Under the pieces are notes generated by a model. The model was given only the letters and a program-made list of their open reading frames with translations, had not been told where the DNA came from and ran no database searches. Shown here one piece after another: positions 1 through 11,516 of a DNA stretch of 64,000 bases (position 1 is its first letter; every line of letters starts with the position of its first letter). This stretch comes from Rhodocyclaceae bacterium (GTDB lineage Bacteria > Pseudomonadota > Gammaproteobacteria > Burkholderiales > Rhodocyclaceae): positions 24,912 through 88,911 of the forward strand of contig JAPKHL010000005.1 of NCBI GenBank assembly GCA_026646875.1, written 5' to 3'. Position numbers and translations under genes: made by a program.

Positions 1-105
1 GGCGAAGATCGGCAAGATTCCGGTCGCCGTGGCCTGAGCGCGCCGGGCACCGTCACCGCGAAGCCGGCCCCCGCGCCGGCTTCGCCCTTTTCCGGGGAGA
101 ACCGC

Positions 106-450
106 ATGAGCATCGACCGCATTGGCACCACCCCCCGCTACTCGGACGCCGTCGCGCATGGCGGCACCGTCTACCTCGTCGAGGTGCCGCAAACCCTCGA
201 CGCCGACATCGCCACCCAGACGCGCGAGGTGCTCGCCGCCATCGAGCGCCTGCTGCTGCGCGCCGGCAGCGACAAGAGCCGTCTGCTGATGGTGACCATC
301 TACCTGCGCGACATGGCCGATTACGCGACGATGAACGCCATCTGGGATGCCTGGCTGCCGGAAGGCACGGCACCGGCGCGCGCCTGCGTGCAGGCGGTGC
401 TGGCCAACCCCGATTTCGCGGTCGAGATGGCGGTCGTCGCGGCACGCTGA
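106..450 (+). CDS. RidA/YjgF-family protein
   Basis: 114-aa ORF. Its size and sequence (GTVYLVEVPQ..., ...ARACVQAVLANPDFAVEMAVVAAR) are typical of YjgF/RidA-fold proteins. Confidence 0.8.
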   Translation: MSIDRIGTTPRYSDAVAHGGTVYLVEVPQTLDADIATQTREVLAAIERLLLRAGSDKSRLLMVTIYLRDMADYATMNAIWDAWLPEGTAPARACVQAVLANPDFAVEMAVVAAR

Positions 451-466
451 CCGGCCCCGTCGCCCC

Positions 467-1252
467 ATGATCGGCGTCTTCGACAGCGGCCTCGGCGGTC
501 TTTCGGTGCTCGCGGCCATCGCGCGCGCGCTGCCGCGCGCCGATCTCGTCTACCTCGCCGACACCGCACACGTTCCCTACGGCGACAAGGACGACGCCTT
601 CATCCGCGGCCGTGTGCTGGCCATTGCCGGGCATCTGCTCGAGCGCGGCTGCACGCTCATCGTGGTCGCCTGCAACACCGCCACGGCGGCGGCCATCGCC
701 GCCTTCCGCGAGGCCTGTCCGGGCGTGCCGGTGGTCGGCGTGGAACCCGGCATCAAGCCGGCGGCGGCGGCCTCGCCGGCGCGCCACATCGCCGTGCTGG
801 CCACCGAGTCGACGGCGCGCAGCGAGCGCCTCGCCCGGCTGGTCCGTCTGCACGCCGATGGCGTGCGCGTCGATATCGCCCCCTGCCCGGGCTGGGCGAC
901 GCGGGTCGAAACGCTGCATCTCGACGGCCCGGAATTCATTGCCGAGGCGCGCCGGCGGATCGAGCCGCTGCTCGCTGCGGGGGCCGATCGCATCGTCCTC
1001 GGGTGCACCCACTACGCCTTCCTCGCGCCGGTTCTCCGGCCGATCGTCGCCGGCCGCGCCGAACTGGTCGACGTGGCCGACGCGGTGGCGCGCCAGTGCC
1101 TGCGTCTGGCCGGTCCCGCCGCGCACGGCAACGGCCACCTGACGCTGCTCGCCACCGCCCGTCCCGAGCGCCTGCAGGCCGCCCTGCCTGCGCTCGGCCT
1201 GCATGCCCTGCTGCCCCGCATCGCCACCCCCGCCGCCCCATGCGCCTGCTGA
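467..1252 (+). CDS. murI: glutamate racemase
   Basis: The internal ATG at 467 of ORF 347..1252 gives MIGVFDSGLGGLSVL. The VVACNTA and LGCTHY motifs are glutamate racemase hallmarks. Confidence 0.9.
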   Translation: MIGVFDSGLGGLSVLAAIARALPRADLVYLADTAHVPYGDKDDAFIRGRVLAIAGHLLERGCTLIVVACNTATAAAIAAFREACPGVPVVGVEPGIKPAAAASPARHIAVLATESTARSERLARLVRLHADGVRVDIAPCPGWATRVETLHLDGPEFIAEARRRIEPLLAAGADRIVLGCTHYAFLAPVLRPIVAGRAELVDVADAVARQCLRLAGPAAHGNGHLTLLATARPERLQAALPALGLHALLPRIATPAAPCAC

Positions 1253-1833
1253 CCGCCTCCCGCTCTCCCGGCGCGCTTTCCGGCATGCTGGCCATCCTGC
1301 TCCTCCTCGCCGGCACGAACGCGCCGGCACGCGCCGCCGAGACCCTCGACACCGAGTACTACACCGCGCCGATCGGCCGCGACGAGTCGCTGCTCGCCGC
1401 GCTCAACCGCGCCACGCCGATCCGCCAGGGCGGCCAGGTCTTCCACGGCTACACGCGCTGGCATGTGGACTGGCGCTTCTACTGGGACAGCGACGCCGGA
1501 GGCTGCCGCATCGTGCGCGCGGAAACCTCGCTGCGCGGCAACATCCAGCTGCCGCGCATCGCCGGCGGCACGCCGGCGCAGCAGACCGCCTTCGCCACCT
1601 ATGCCGCCGCCCTGCGCGAACACGAGCTCGGCCACTACCGCATCGGCCAGCAGGCCGCGGCGGCCATCCGCGCGCGCCTGCGCGGCCACCCGCCGCAGCC
1701 CGACTGCGCCACGCTGGAACGGAGCGCCAACGCGGCGGCGCACGAGACGCTGCAGGAACACGTGCGGCGCGAGCGCGAGTACGACGCCCGCACCGGGCAC
1801 GGCCGGACGCAGGGCGCATGGTTGCCGCGCTGA
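1240..1833 (+). CDS. DUF922-like secreted putative Zn-metallopeptidase
   Basis: The ATG at 1240 gives a signal-peptide-like N-terminus ([16 protein letters not shown]). An HELGH motif is present. Confidence 0.65.
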   Translation: MRLLTASRSPGALSGMLAILLLLAGTNAPARAAETLDTEYYTAPIGRDESLLAALNRATPIRQGGQVFHGYTRWHVDWRFYWDSDAGGCRIVRAETSLRGNIQLPRIAGGTPAQQTAFATYAAALREHELGHYRIGQQAAAAIRARLRGHPPQPDCATLERSANAAAHETLQEHVRREREYDARTGHGRTQGAWLPR

Positions 1834-3119
1834 ATTCCGCAGCATCGGCTCCCGCCGCGCCCGGGAGCGACGCCACGATCGCCATCGTCGGCGGCGGCCC
1901 GGCCGGACTGATGGCCGCCGAGGTGCTGGCCGGCGCGGGCGAGCGCGTCGCGCTGTTCGACGCCATGCCCTCGCTCGGGCGCAAATTCCTGATGGCCGGC
2001 AAGGGCGGCCTGAACATCACGCACGCCGAGCCGCTGGCCGGGTTCATCGGCCGCTACGGCGCGCGCACGCGGGAGATCGCGCCGCTGCTCGAGGCCTTCG
2101 GCCCGCAGGCGGTGCGCGACTGGATGCACGGACTCGGCGTGGCCAGCTTCGTCGGCAGCTCCGGACGGGTCTTTCCGGAAGGCATGAAGGCGGCGCCGCT
2201 GCTGCGCGCCTGGCTGCACCGGCTGCGCACGCAGGGCGTCGCCATCCACGCGCGACATCGCTGGACCGGCTGGACGCCCCGCCCGGACGGCGGGGCCGTG
2301 TTGCGCTTTTCCACGCCGCAGGGCGAGCAGGCGCGGTCCTTCGATACCGTGGTGCTGGCACTCGGCGGCGCCAGCTGGCCGCAGCTCGGTGCCGACGGGC
2401 TGTGGGTGGACGCGCTGGCCGCCGCCGCGGTGCCGGTGGCGCCGCTGCGCCCGGCCAACTGCGGCTTCGATGTCGGCTGGAGCGACTTCTTCCGCACGCA
2501 CTGCGCCGGCCAGCCGGTGAAGAACATCGTCGCCGCCTGCGTGGCGGAAAATGGCGAGCGGCACGCCCGGCCGGGCGATCTGATGATCACCGCGAGCGGC
2601 GTCGAGGGCGGCCCGGTCTACGCGCTCTCGGCCTGGCTGCGCGAGGCCATCGCCACGCACGGCGCGGCGACGCTGGAGATCGACCTGCTGCCGGGCCGCG
2701 ACGCCGCCGCCGTGCTGGCGGAAACCGCCCGCCCGCGCGGTGCGCGCTCGCTGGCCAGCCATCTGCAGGGCCGGCTCGGCATCCGCGATGCGAAGGCGAA
2801 GCTGCTGCGCGAATGCCTGCCGGCGGCGACCTTCGCCGACCCCGTCCGTCTCGCTGCCGCGCTCAAGGCCCTGCCCCTCCGCCTGTGCGCACCCCGGCCG
2901 CTGGCCGAGGCGATCAGCACGGCCGGCGGCGTGTGTTTCGAGGCGCTCGACGCGACGCTGATGCTGCGCGCGCTGCCCGGCGTCTTTTGTGCCGGCGAGA
3001 TGCTCGACTGGGAGGCGCCGACCGGCGGCTACCTGCTCACCGCCTGCCTGGCCAGCGGCCGCGCCGCCGGCCACGGCGCGCTCGCCTGGCACCGCCGGGC
3101 GCCGGAGGCGGTGGCCTGA
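1818..3119 (+). CDS. HI0933/BaiN-like NAD(FAD)-utilising flavoprotein
   Basis: The ATG at 1818 in frame 1203..3119 gives the [14 protein letters not shown] dinucleotide-binding motif and [13 protein letters not shown]. Confidence 0.8.
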   Translation: MVAALNSAASAPAAPGSDATIAIVGGGPAGLMAAEVLAGAGERVALFDAMPSLGRKFLMAGKGGLNITHAEPLAGFIGRYGARTREIAPLLEAFGPQAVRDWMHGLGVASFVGSSGRVFPEGMKAAPLLRAWLHRLRTQGVAIHARHRWTGWTPRPDGGAVLRFSTPQGEQARSFDTVVLALGGASWPQLGADGLWVDALAAAAVPVAPLRPANCGFDVGWSDFFRTHCAGQPVKNIVAACVAENGERHARPGDLMITASGVEGGPVYALSAWLREAIATHGAATLEIDLLPGRDAAAVLAETARPRGARSLASHLQGRLGIRDAKAKLLRECLPAATFADPVRLAAALKALPLRLCAPRPLAEAISTAGGVCFEALDATLMLRALPGVFCAGEMLDWEAPTGGYLLTACLASGRAAGHGALAWHRRAPEAVA

Positions 3120-3565
3120 TGCATCTCTGGGTCGATGCCGACGCCTGTCCGCGCAGCGTCCGGGAAATTCTCTTCCGTGCCGCCAACCGCACGGCCACCC
3201 CGCTGACGCTGATCGCCAACCAGATGCTGGCGGTACCGCCCTCCGCGTTCATCCGCAGCGTGCAGGTGCCCAAGGGCTTCGACGTCGCCGACAACGAGAT
3301 CGTCCGGCGCGTCGCCCCCGGCGATCTGGTGATCACCGCCGACCTGCCGCTCGCCGCCGAGGTGATTGCCAAGGGCGCTCACGTACTCAGTCCGCGTGGC
3401 GAGCGTTATTCGAAGGAGAACATCGGTCCCCTGCTCAACATGCGCGATTTCATGGACACCCTGCGCTCGAGCGGGGTCGACACCGGCGGGCCGCCGCCGC
3501 TCTCGGCCGCCGACCAGCGCGCTTTCGCGGCGCAGCTCGACCGCTTCCTGGCCCGTGGCCGCTGA
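3119..3565 (+). CDS. YaiI/YqxD family protein (UPF0178)
   Basis: The ATG overlaps the upstream stop (ATGA-type). [11 protein letters not shown]... is the conserved family N-terminus. Confidence 0.8.
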   Translation: MHLWVDADACPRSVREILFRAANRTATPLTLIANQMLAVPPSAFIRSVQVPKGFDVADNEIVRRVAPGDLVITADLPLAAEVIAKGAHVLSPRGERYSKENIGPLLNMRDFMDTLRSSGVDTGGPPPLSAADQRAFAAQLDRFLARGR

Positions 3566-3673
3566 GGCCCGCACCGGCGGAAGCCCCTGATTCTGCTATA
3601 GTTCGGCCTGCGCGCCGCCCGCCGCACCCGTCCTGCGACCGGCGGCCTTCGTTTTTCGCATCCCGGATTCTCC

Positions 3674-5284
3674 ATGACCGCCACCCCCTACCCCCCCGAG
3701 CTGCTGCGCGACGTGCAGAAGCGCCGCACCTTCGCCATCATTTCCCACCCCGACGCCGGCAAGACGACCCTGACCGAGAAACTCCTGCTGTTCGGCGGCG
3801 CGATCCAGATGGCGGGCACGGTGAAGGGGCGCAAGAGCGCCCGTCACGCGACCTCGGACTGGATGGAGGTGGAAAAGCAGCGCGGCATTTCGGTGACCAG
3901 CTCGGTGATGCAGTTCGAGTATCTCGGGCATACCGTCAACCTGCTGGACACGCCGGGGCACGAGGATTTCTCCGAGGACACCTACCGCGTGCTGACCGCC
4001 GTCGATGCGGCGGTGATGGTGATCGACGCGGCCAAGGGCGTCGAGGCGCAGACGATCAAGCTGCTCGACGTGTGCCGCATGCGCAACACGCCGATCATCA
4101 CCTTCGTGAACAAGTTCGACCGCGAGGTGCGCGAGCCCTTCGAGCTGCTCGAGGAAATCGAGAACGTGCTCGGCATCGAATGCGCACCGGTGACCTGGCC
4201 GATCGGCATGGGCAAGACCTTTCGCGGCGTCTATCACCTGCTCGACGATTCGCTGCTGCGCTTCGCCCCCGGCGAGGAACGCCGGAGCGAGGCGGAAAAG
4301 CTGGATGGAATCGACAACCCGCTGCTCGACGCCCAGTTCCCGCTCGAGGTCGGCAAGCTGCGCGAGGATGTCGAGCTGATCCAGGGCGCCAGCAATCCCT
4401 TCTCGCTGGTCGACTTCCTGGCCGGTCAGCAGACACCGGTCTTCTTCGGTTCCGGCATCAACAACTTCGGTGTGCAGGAAATCCTGCAGGCACTGCTCGA
4501 CTGGGCACCGCCGCCGCAGGAGCGCGACGGCGGCGCGCGCATGGTGCAGCCGGCCGAAGCGGCCTTCAGCGGCTTCGTGTTCAAGATCCAGGCCAACATG
4601 GACCCCAAGCACCGCGACCGCATCGCCTTTTTCCGCGTCTGCTCGGGCCGCTACACCTCGGGCATGAAGGTCCGGCACGTGCGCCTGGACCGCGAGATGA
4701 AGCTGGCCAACGCGCTGACCTTCATGGCCAACGAACGGGTGCTGATGGAGGACGCGGTGGCCGGCGACATCATCGGCATCCACAACCACGGCAACCTGCA
4801 CATCGGCGACACCCTGACCGAGGGCGAAACGCTCGGCTTCAAGGGCATCCCCTACTTCTCGCCCGAACTCTTCCGCGCCGCGCGCCTGCGCGATCCGCTG
4901 AAGAGCAAGCAGCTGCAGAAAGGCCTGCAGGAGCTTGGCGAGGAAGGCGCCATCCAGGTCTTCGAGAACCTGGCGAGCGGCGCCATGCTGCTCGGCGCCG
5001 TCGGCCAGCTGCAGTTCGAGGTCGTCGCCCAGCGCCTGCAGACCGAATACAAGGTCGACGCCATCTTCGAGCCGGCCGACATCCACACCGCGCGCTGGCT
5101 GACCTTCCCCGACGAGGCCACCCGCCGCAACTTCGAGCGCGAGCAGCAGCACCGCATGGCCAGGGACGTCGACGGCAACCTCGTGTATCTGGCGAGCACG
5201 CGCTACAACCTCGACGTGACGCGCGAAAAATGGGAGAAGGTCGGCTTCCACGCCTCGCGCGAGCACGGGCAGGTCTTCGACTGA
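3674..5284 (+). CDS. prfC: peptide chain release factor 3
   Basis: 536 aa with the GTPase motifs [20 protein letters not shown] and NKFD, and RF3-like length. Confidence 0.95.
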   Translation: MTATPYPPELLRDVQKRRTFAIISHPDAGKTTLTEKLLLFGGAIQMAGTVKGRKSARHATSDWMEVEKQRGISVTSSVMQFEYLGHTVNLLDTPGHEDFSEDTYRVLTAVDAAVMVIDAAKGVEAQTIKLLDVCRMRNTPIITFVNKFDREVREPFELLEEIENVLGIECAPVTWPIGMGKTFRGVYHLLDDSLLRFAPGEERRSEAEKLDGIDNPLLDAQFPLEVGKLREDVELIQGASNPFSLVDFLAGQQTPVFFGSGINNFGVQEILQALLDWAPPPQERDGGARMVQPAEAAFSGFVFKIQANMDPKHRDRIAFFRVCSGRYTSGMKVRHVRLDREMKLANALTFMANERVLMEDAVAGDIIGIHNHGNLHIGDTLTEGETLGFKGIPYFSPELFRAARLRDPLKSKQLQKGLQELGEEGAIQVFENLASGAMLLGAVGQLQFEVVAQRLQTEYKVDAIFEPADIHTARWLTFPDEATRRNFEREQQHRMARDVDGNLVYLASTRYNLDVTREKWEKVGFHASREHGQVFD

Positions 5285-5309
5285 TCCCTCCCCGGCGGGC
5301 GCTGCGCGC

Positions 5310-5876
5310 TCAGCGCCCGCCCAGCGCCGCGTGCCGGAAGCAGCCGACGAGGTGGTCGTTGACCATGCCGGCAGACTGCATGAAGGCGTAGCAGATCGTC
5401 GGCCCGACAAAGCGGAAGCCGGCGCGCGCCAGGGCCCGGCTCATGGCCTCCGACTGCGGCGTGGCGGCCGGCACCTCGGCCAGCGTGCGCCAGGCGTTCT
5501 GGCGCGGCGTGTGATCAACGAAGCGCCACAGGAAATCAGCCAGGGAACCGCCCCCTTCGCGCAGCGCCAGACAGGCGCGGGCATTGCCGATGGTCGCGAG
5601 GATCTTCGCCCGGTTGCGCACGATGCCGGCGTCGGCCAGCAGGGCAGCGACCTTCGCGTCATCATAGGCAGCGACACGCTGCGGATCGAAATCGTCGAAC
5701 ACCCGCCGGTAGTGCGCCCGCTTGCGCAGGATCGTCGCCCACGACAAACCCGCCTGCGCCCCTTCCAGACACAGCAGCTCGAATAGCGCGCGTTCGTCGC
5801 GCAGCGGTACGCCCCACTCCTCGTCGTGATACGCCCGGTACAGATCGAAGCCCTCGCACCACGGACAGCGCTCCAT
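5310..5876 (-). CDS. tag: DNA-3-methyladenine glycosylase I
   Basis: The internal ATG gives MERCPWCEG...YHDEEWGVP, the Tag zinc-snap N-terminus. Confidence 0.9.
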   Translation of the reverse strand: MERCPWCEGFDLYRAYHDEEWGVPLRDERALFELLCLEGAQAGLSWATILRKRAHYRRVFDDFDPQRVAAYDDAKVAALLADAGIVRNRAKILATIGNARACLALREGGGSLADFLWRFVDHTPRQNAWRTLAEVPAATPQSEAMSRALARAGFRFVGPTICYAFMQSAGMVNDHLVGCFRHAALGGR

Positions 5877-5958
5877 CGCATCGCTCCGGCGGATAAGGAT
5901 GGGGAGGATTGTAAATAAAGCCAGCGGATGAGGAGATTGTTGCTGCATCTGGAGCAAA

Positions 5959-5989
5959 CAAAAAGGCCAGTCCTAAGACTGGCCTTTTT
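5959..5989. terminator. bidirectional rho-independent terminator
   Basis: Hairpin GGCCAGTC-ctaa-GACTGGCC flanked by an A-run and a T-run, immediately downstream of tRNA-Pro on the minus strand. Confidence 0.7.
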
Positions 5990-6000
5990 GCCTGAAACAT

Positions 6001-6078
<78 letters not shown>

Positions 6079-6113
6079 CAGCTTTAAATTATAACCGGAA
6101 ATCGGGATAAAAC

Positions 6114-6476
6114 TCAAACTTTCAGGATTTCGGCAATTTTCAGCAACTCGGCGCGGAGGCTTTCGGGCGTCATCGATTCGCCGGACGACGAGGCGTCGCC
6201 GAGATCCTCCAGACGATTGCGCGCGCCGCTGATGGTGAAGCCCTGGCTGTAGAGGAGCTCGCGGATGCGGCGGACGAGCAGGACTTCATGGTGCTGGTAA
6301 TAGCGACGATTGCCGCGCCGCTTGACCGGCTTGAGTTGCGTGAATTCCTGCTCCCAGTAGCGCAGGACGTGCGGTTTGACGCCGCACAGTTCGCTGACTT
6401 CACCGATGGTGAAGTAGCGCTTGGCCGGGATGGGCGGCAGGGGCTCGTTGCCGCCGTCTTTATGACTCGGTTCCAT
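6114..6476 (-). CDS. MerR-family transcriptional regulator
   Basis: [25 protein letters not shown] is a MerR-type HTH. The gene overlaps the 3' end of ihfA, a common arrangement. Confidence 0.85.
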   Translation of the reverse strand: MEPSHKDGGNEPLPPIPAKRYFTIGEVSELCGVKPHVLRYWEQEFTQLKPVKRRGNRRYYQHHEVLLVRRIRELLYSQGFTISGARNRLEDLGDASSSGESMTPESLRAELLKIAEILKV

Positions 6477-6762
6477 GATAGGACTGCTCCACCTCGGCCT
6501 TCAGCTTCTGGCTGGCATGGAAAGTGACGACACGCCGCGCGGTGATGGGGATTTCCTCGCCGGTCTTGGGATTGCGGCCAGGCCGCTGGGGTTTGTCGCG
6601 CAGCTGGAAATTGCCGAAACCGGAGAGCTTGACGCCGTCGCCCCGCTCCAGGGCATTGCGGATTTCCTCGAAGAACGCTTCGACCATATCCTTGGCCTCG
6701 CGCTTGTTGAGGCCGACCTTCTCGAACAACAGATCTGCGAGCTCAGCTTTGGTAAGCGTCAT
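6460..6762 (-). CDS. ihfA: integration host factor subunit alpha
   Basis: 100 aa. [28 protein letters not shown]...[12 protein letters not shown] is the IHF/HU fold. Confidence 0.95.
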   Translation of the reverse strand: MTLTKAELADLLFEKVGLNKREAKDMVEAFFEEIRNALERGDGVKLSGFGNFQLRDKPQRPGRNPKTGEEIPITARRVVTFHASQKLKAEVEQSYHGTES

Positions 6763-6774
6763 TGTTCTTCCTTG

Positions 6775-9150
6775 TCAGACGCGAAGCTGCGCCGCGAATG
6801 CCTGCTGCAAGTAGGCAACCAGCTGCTGCATGGCGGCGTCGACTTCCGCATCTTGCAAAGTTCTTTGAGTATCTTGCATAACTATACGGAAAGCAAGACT
6901 TTTCTTCCCGGTCCCGACGCCTTTGCCGGTATAAAGATCGAACAGGCGGATGTCCTGCACGAGGGCCGGGCGATTGGCGGTCATGCCGTCGATCAGTGCC
7001 TGCAGGGAGGTTTCGTGCGGGACGACGATGGCCAGATCGCGGATCGCCGGCGGCTGCCGGGAGACCTCGGCGTACTGCGGCAAGCGGGCGCGCGTGAGCG
7101 GATCGAGTTCGAGCTCGAAGAGTACCGGCGCCAGCGGCAGGTCGTATTTCTGGACCCATTGCGGGTGCAGCTCGCCGAGGAATCCCGCCGGGGCGCCGTC
7201 GATCAGCACGCGGGCGCTGCGTCCGGGGTGCAGCGCCGGGTGGGTGGCCGGCTCGAAACGCAGCTCGGCGGGTGCGAGCAGGGCCTCGAGGTCGCCCTTG
7301 ACGTCGAAGAAGTCGACGTTGCGCGCCGGAGCCCCCCATTGTTCGGGCAGAGCGCTGCCGTAGGCGAGCGCGGCGAGCATCCAGGGCTGCCGGAAGCCAG
7401 CCACCGGGCCGCTCGCGGCGGCACGGGTGAAGCAGCGGCCGGTTTCGAAGACGCGCACGCGGTTCTGGCGGCGCTTGAGATTGGTGGCCACGTTGGCGAC
7501 CAGGCCGCCGATCAGCGTCGAGCGCATGACCGCCAGCTGGCTGGCGATCGGGTTGGCCAGACGGATCGGCGCGGCATTGCCGCCAAAATCGGTTTCCCAG
7601 GCTTCCTCGACGAAGGCGAAGTTGACCACTTCCTGATAGCCGCGCCCGGCGACGATCCGCCGGATGCGCGCCAGCGGCCGCGCATCCTCGGTCTGCGGCA
7701 GCATCGACAGGGCGCCCTGCGGCGCCGGGGCGGGGATGTTGTCGTAGCCGTGCAGGCGGGCGATTTCCTCGATCAGGTCTTCCTCGATTTCAATATCGAA
7801 ACGGTAGCTCGGCGGCGTGACGACGAAATCCTCGCCCTCGCGGACGAAGGTCAGGCCCAGGCGGGTAAATAGCTCTGCGATGCGCGCGCTGTCGAAGGCG
7901 AGACCGAGCACCCTGGCGACGCGCGACGGACGCAGGCGGACGGGAGTGCGCTCGGGCAGGGCGGCCTGCGCCTCGCTGACCGGGCCGGCCTGGCCGCCGC
8001 AGATCTCGAGAACAAGCCGGGTGGCGCGCTCAAGTGCGCGGCGGGTGCCGCCGAAATCGACGCCGCGCTCGAAGCGGTGCGAAGCATCGGAGACAAAGCC
8101 GTAGCGGCGGGCCCGGCCGGCGATCGCGCCGGGGGCGAAAAAGGCGGCTTCAAGAAAGAGCTCGCGGGTTTCGAGGGTGATGCCGCTCTCCTCGCCGCCC
8201 ATGATGCCGCCCATCGCCACCGGGCGCCGGTCGTCGGCGATCAGCAGCACGTCGTCCTCGAGCGTCAGGGTCTGCTCGTTGAGCAGCAGGATCTGCTCGC
8301 CGGCGCGGGCCATGCGCGGCACGATGGCGCCTTCGAGCCGGGCGTTGTCGAAGGCGTGCAGGGGCTGGCCGAGCTCGAGCATTACATAGTTGGTGATGTC
8401 GACCAGCGCGGAAATCGGGCGGATGCCGGAACGCTCGAGCCGGCGCTGCATCCAGAGCGGGGTCGGAGCCCTTGCATCGACCCCGGCGATGACGCGTCCG
8501 CAGTAGCGCGGGCAGGCGTGCGGGGCCTCGAGGCGGATGTCGCGGCGCGTTTCGATGGTTACCGGGGCTTCACCGACTTCGGGATAGCGCGCCGGGGCGC
8601 CGGTCAGTGCCGCCACTTCGCGGGCAATCCCGGTGAGCGACAGGCAGTCGGCACGGTTCGGAGTGAGCTTCAGGGTCAGCAGGCGGTCATCGAGATCGAG
8701 ATACTCGCGAATGCCCTGCCCGACCGGAGCGTCGGCCGGCAGCACGAGCAGGCCGGAGGCATCCTCGGCGATGCCGAGTTCCTTGGCCGAGCAGAGCATG
8801 CCCGAGGATTCGACACCGCGCACCTTGGCCACCTTGATGGTGAAATCGCCGGGCAGCTTCGCGCCGGGCAGCGCGCAGGGCACCTTGAGGCCGGCAGCGA
8901 CGTTCGGCGCACCGCAGACGATCTGCTGCGGGGCGGCGGCGCCGATATCGACCTTGCAGACGTTGAGGCGGTCGGCATCGGGATGCTTCACGACCTCGAG
9001 CACCTGCGCGACGATCACGTCGTTGAACGGCGGGGCAACGGTGTCTTCCTCCTCGACCTCCAGGCCGGCCATGGTCAGGAGATGCGAGAATTCCGCGCCC
9101 GAAAGTTTCGGGTCGACGAAGGTGCGGAGCCAGGATTCCGAGAATTTCAT
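6775..9150 (-). CDS. pheT: phenylalanine--tRNA ligase beta subunit
   Basis: 791 aa. MKFSESWLR... is the canonical PheT N-terminus, and the gene is adjacent to pheS. Confidence 0.95.
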   Translation of the reverse strand: MKFSESWLRTFVDPKLSGAEFSHLLTMAGLEVEEEDTVAPPFNDVIVAQVLEVVKHPDADRLNVCKVDIGAAAPQQIVCGAPNVAAGLKVPCALPGAKLPGDFTIKVAKVRGVESSGMLCSAKELGIAEDASGLLVLPADAPVGQGIREYLDLDDRLLTLKLTPNRADCLSLTGIAREVAALTGAPARYPEVGEAPVTIETRRDIRLEAPHACPRYCGRVIAGVDARAPTPLWMQRRLERSGIRPISALVDITNYVMLELGQPLHAFDNARLEGAIVPRMARAGEQILLLNEQTLTLEDDVLLIADDRRPVAMGGIMGGEESGITLETRELFLEAAFFAPGAIAGRARRYGFVSDASHRFERGVDFGGTRRALERATRLVLEICGGQAGPVSEAQAALPERTPVRLRPSRVARVLGLAFDSARIAELFTRLGLTFVREGEDFVVTPPSYRFDIEIEEDLIEEIARLHGYDNIPAPAPQGALSMLPQTEDARPLARIRRIVAGRGYQEVVNFAFVEEAWETDFGGNAAPIRLANPIASQLAVMRSTLIGGLVANVATNLKRRQNRVRVFETGRCFTRAAASGPVAGFRQPWMLAALAYGSALPEQWGAPARNVDFFDVKGDLEALLAPAELRFEPATHPALHPGRSARVLIDGAPAGFLGELHPQWVQKYDLPLAPVLFELELDPLTRARLPQYAEVSRQPPAIRDLAIVVPHETSLQALIDGMTANRPALVQDIRLFDLYTGKGVGTGKKSLAFRIVMQDTQRTLQDAEVDAAMQQLVAYLQQAFAAQLRV

Positions 9151-9171
9151 GATTCAGCTTCCGGTGTCGGA

Positions 9172-10269
<1,098 letters not shown>

Positions 10270-10282
10270 TCACCTGGACAGC

Positions 10283-10642
10283 TCAGGCGCCGAGCTGTGC
10301 CTTGGCCTGCGAGGCCAGTGCGGCAAAAGCCGGCTTGTCGAAAACGGCCAGATCGGCGAGCACCTTGCGGTCGACTTCGATCTGCGCCTTCTTCAGGCCG
10401 TTCATGAAGGTGCTGTACTTCAGGCCGAGCTCGCGGGCCGCCGCGTTGATACGGGCAATCCACAGGGCACGGAACTGACGCTTGCGCTGGCGGCGGTCAC
10501 GGTAGGCGTACTGACCGGCCTTCATCACCGCCTGCTTGGCGATGCGATATACGTTCTTGCGGCGGCCGCGGTAGCCCTTGGCCAGGGCGAGGACCTTCTT
10601 GTGACGCGCGCGCGCCGTTACACCACGTTTAACTCGGGGCAT
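10283..10642 (-). CDS. rplT: 50S ribosomal protein L20
   Basis: 119 aa, [18 protein letters not shown]... Confidence 0.97.
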   Translation of the reverse strand: MPRVKRGVTARARHKKVLALAKGYRGRRKNVYRIAKQAVMKAGQYAYRDRRQRKRQFRALWIARINAAARELGLKYSTFMNGLKKAQIEVDRKVLADLAVFDKPAFAALASQAKAQLGA

Positions 10643-10653
10643 CTCTTCTCTCC

Positions 10654-10851
10654 TTACGCGTACGGCATCATGGCGCGAACCATGGCCTTGTCGGAGTCAT
10701 GCACTCCGGTTGCACCGCGCAGCTGGCGCTTGGCTTTGGTCGTCTTCTTGGTCAGGATGTGGCGCTTGAACGCCTGTCCGCGCTTGATGCCGCCACTGGC
10801 GCGGACCTTGAAGCGCTTCTTGGCGCTGCTCTTGGTCTTCATCTTGGGCAT
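10654..10851 (-). CDS. rpmI: 50S ribosomal protein L35
   Basis: The internal ATG gives [16 protein letters not shown]..., 65 aa. Confidence 0.95.
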   Translation of the reverse strand: MPKMKTKSSAKKRFKVRASGGIKRGQAFKRHILTKKTTKAKRQLRGATGVHDSDKAMVRAMMPYA

Positions 10852-10957
10852 TTGTATGCTCCTGTTTATAAACATGGAATCAGGTGTTTCCCGACGGGAA
10901 CGCTTGTTCTACCCGACCCCACTTGGGGTACTGCCGACCGCCTGGGTGCTGCGGGTG

Positions 10958-11479
10958 CTACTTTTTCTTGTGCGGCGAGAGGATCATCACCATTTGCCGC
11001 CCTTCCATCTTGGGCATCTGCTCGACAACGGCCAGTGCCTCGAGATCGCTCTTGATGCGCTCGATCTGGCGCATGCCGATCTCCTGGTGGGCCATCTCGC
11101 GCCCCCGGAAGCGAAGGGTCACCTTGACCTTGTCGTCCTCCTGCAGGAAGCGCGTCATGTTGCGCAGCTTGATCTGGTAATCGTTCTCGTCGGTCCCCGG
11201 ACGAAGCTTGACTTCCTTGACCTGCACCTGCTTCTGCTTGAGCTTCTGCTCATGCTGCCGCTTCTGTTCCTGGTACTTGAACTTGCCGAAATCCATGATC
11301 CGGCAGACCGGCGGCTGGGCCATCGGAGCGATCTCGACCAGATCGACGCCGGCTTCTTCCGCCAAGGCCAGGGCGGCCCTGGAGCTCATGATGCCGAGTT
11401 GTTCGCCGTCTTCGCCGACCAGCCGGACTTCCGGCGCGTTGATCTCTTCATTGACGCGTTGCGACTTTTGCAGTGCTAT
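10958..11479 (-). CDS. infC: translation initiation factor IF-3 (non-canonical ATA start)
   Basis: The conserved N-terminal domain ([23 protein letters not shown]) lies upstream of the first ATG. An in-frame TAG sits at 11494-11492. There is no ATG/GTG/TTG in between. ATA at 11479 is preceded by GGGGAG. Confidence 0.85.
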   Translation of the reverse strand: MALQKSQRVNEEINAPEVRLVGEDGEQLGIMSSRAALALAEEAGVDLVEIAPMAQPPVCRIMDFGKFKYQEQKRQHEQKLKQKQVQVKEVKLRPGTDENDYQIKLRNMTRFLQEDDKVKVTLRFRGREMAHQEIGMRQIERIKSDLEALAVVEQMPKMEGRQMVMILSPHKKK

Positions 11480-11516
11480 GGTCCCGCTCCCCTATCCCGT
11501 AGGATTCCGACAAAAG

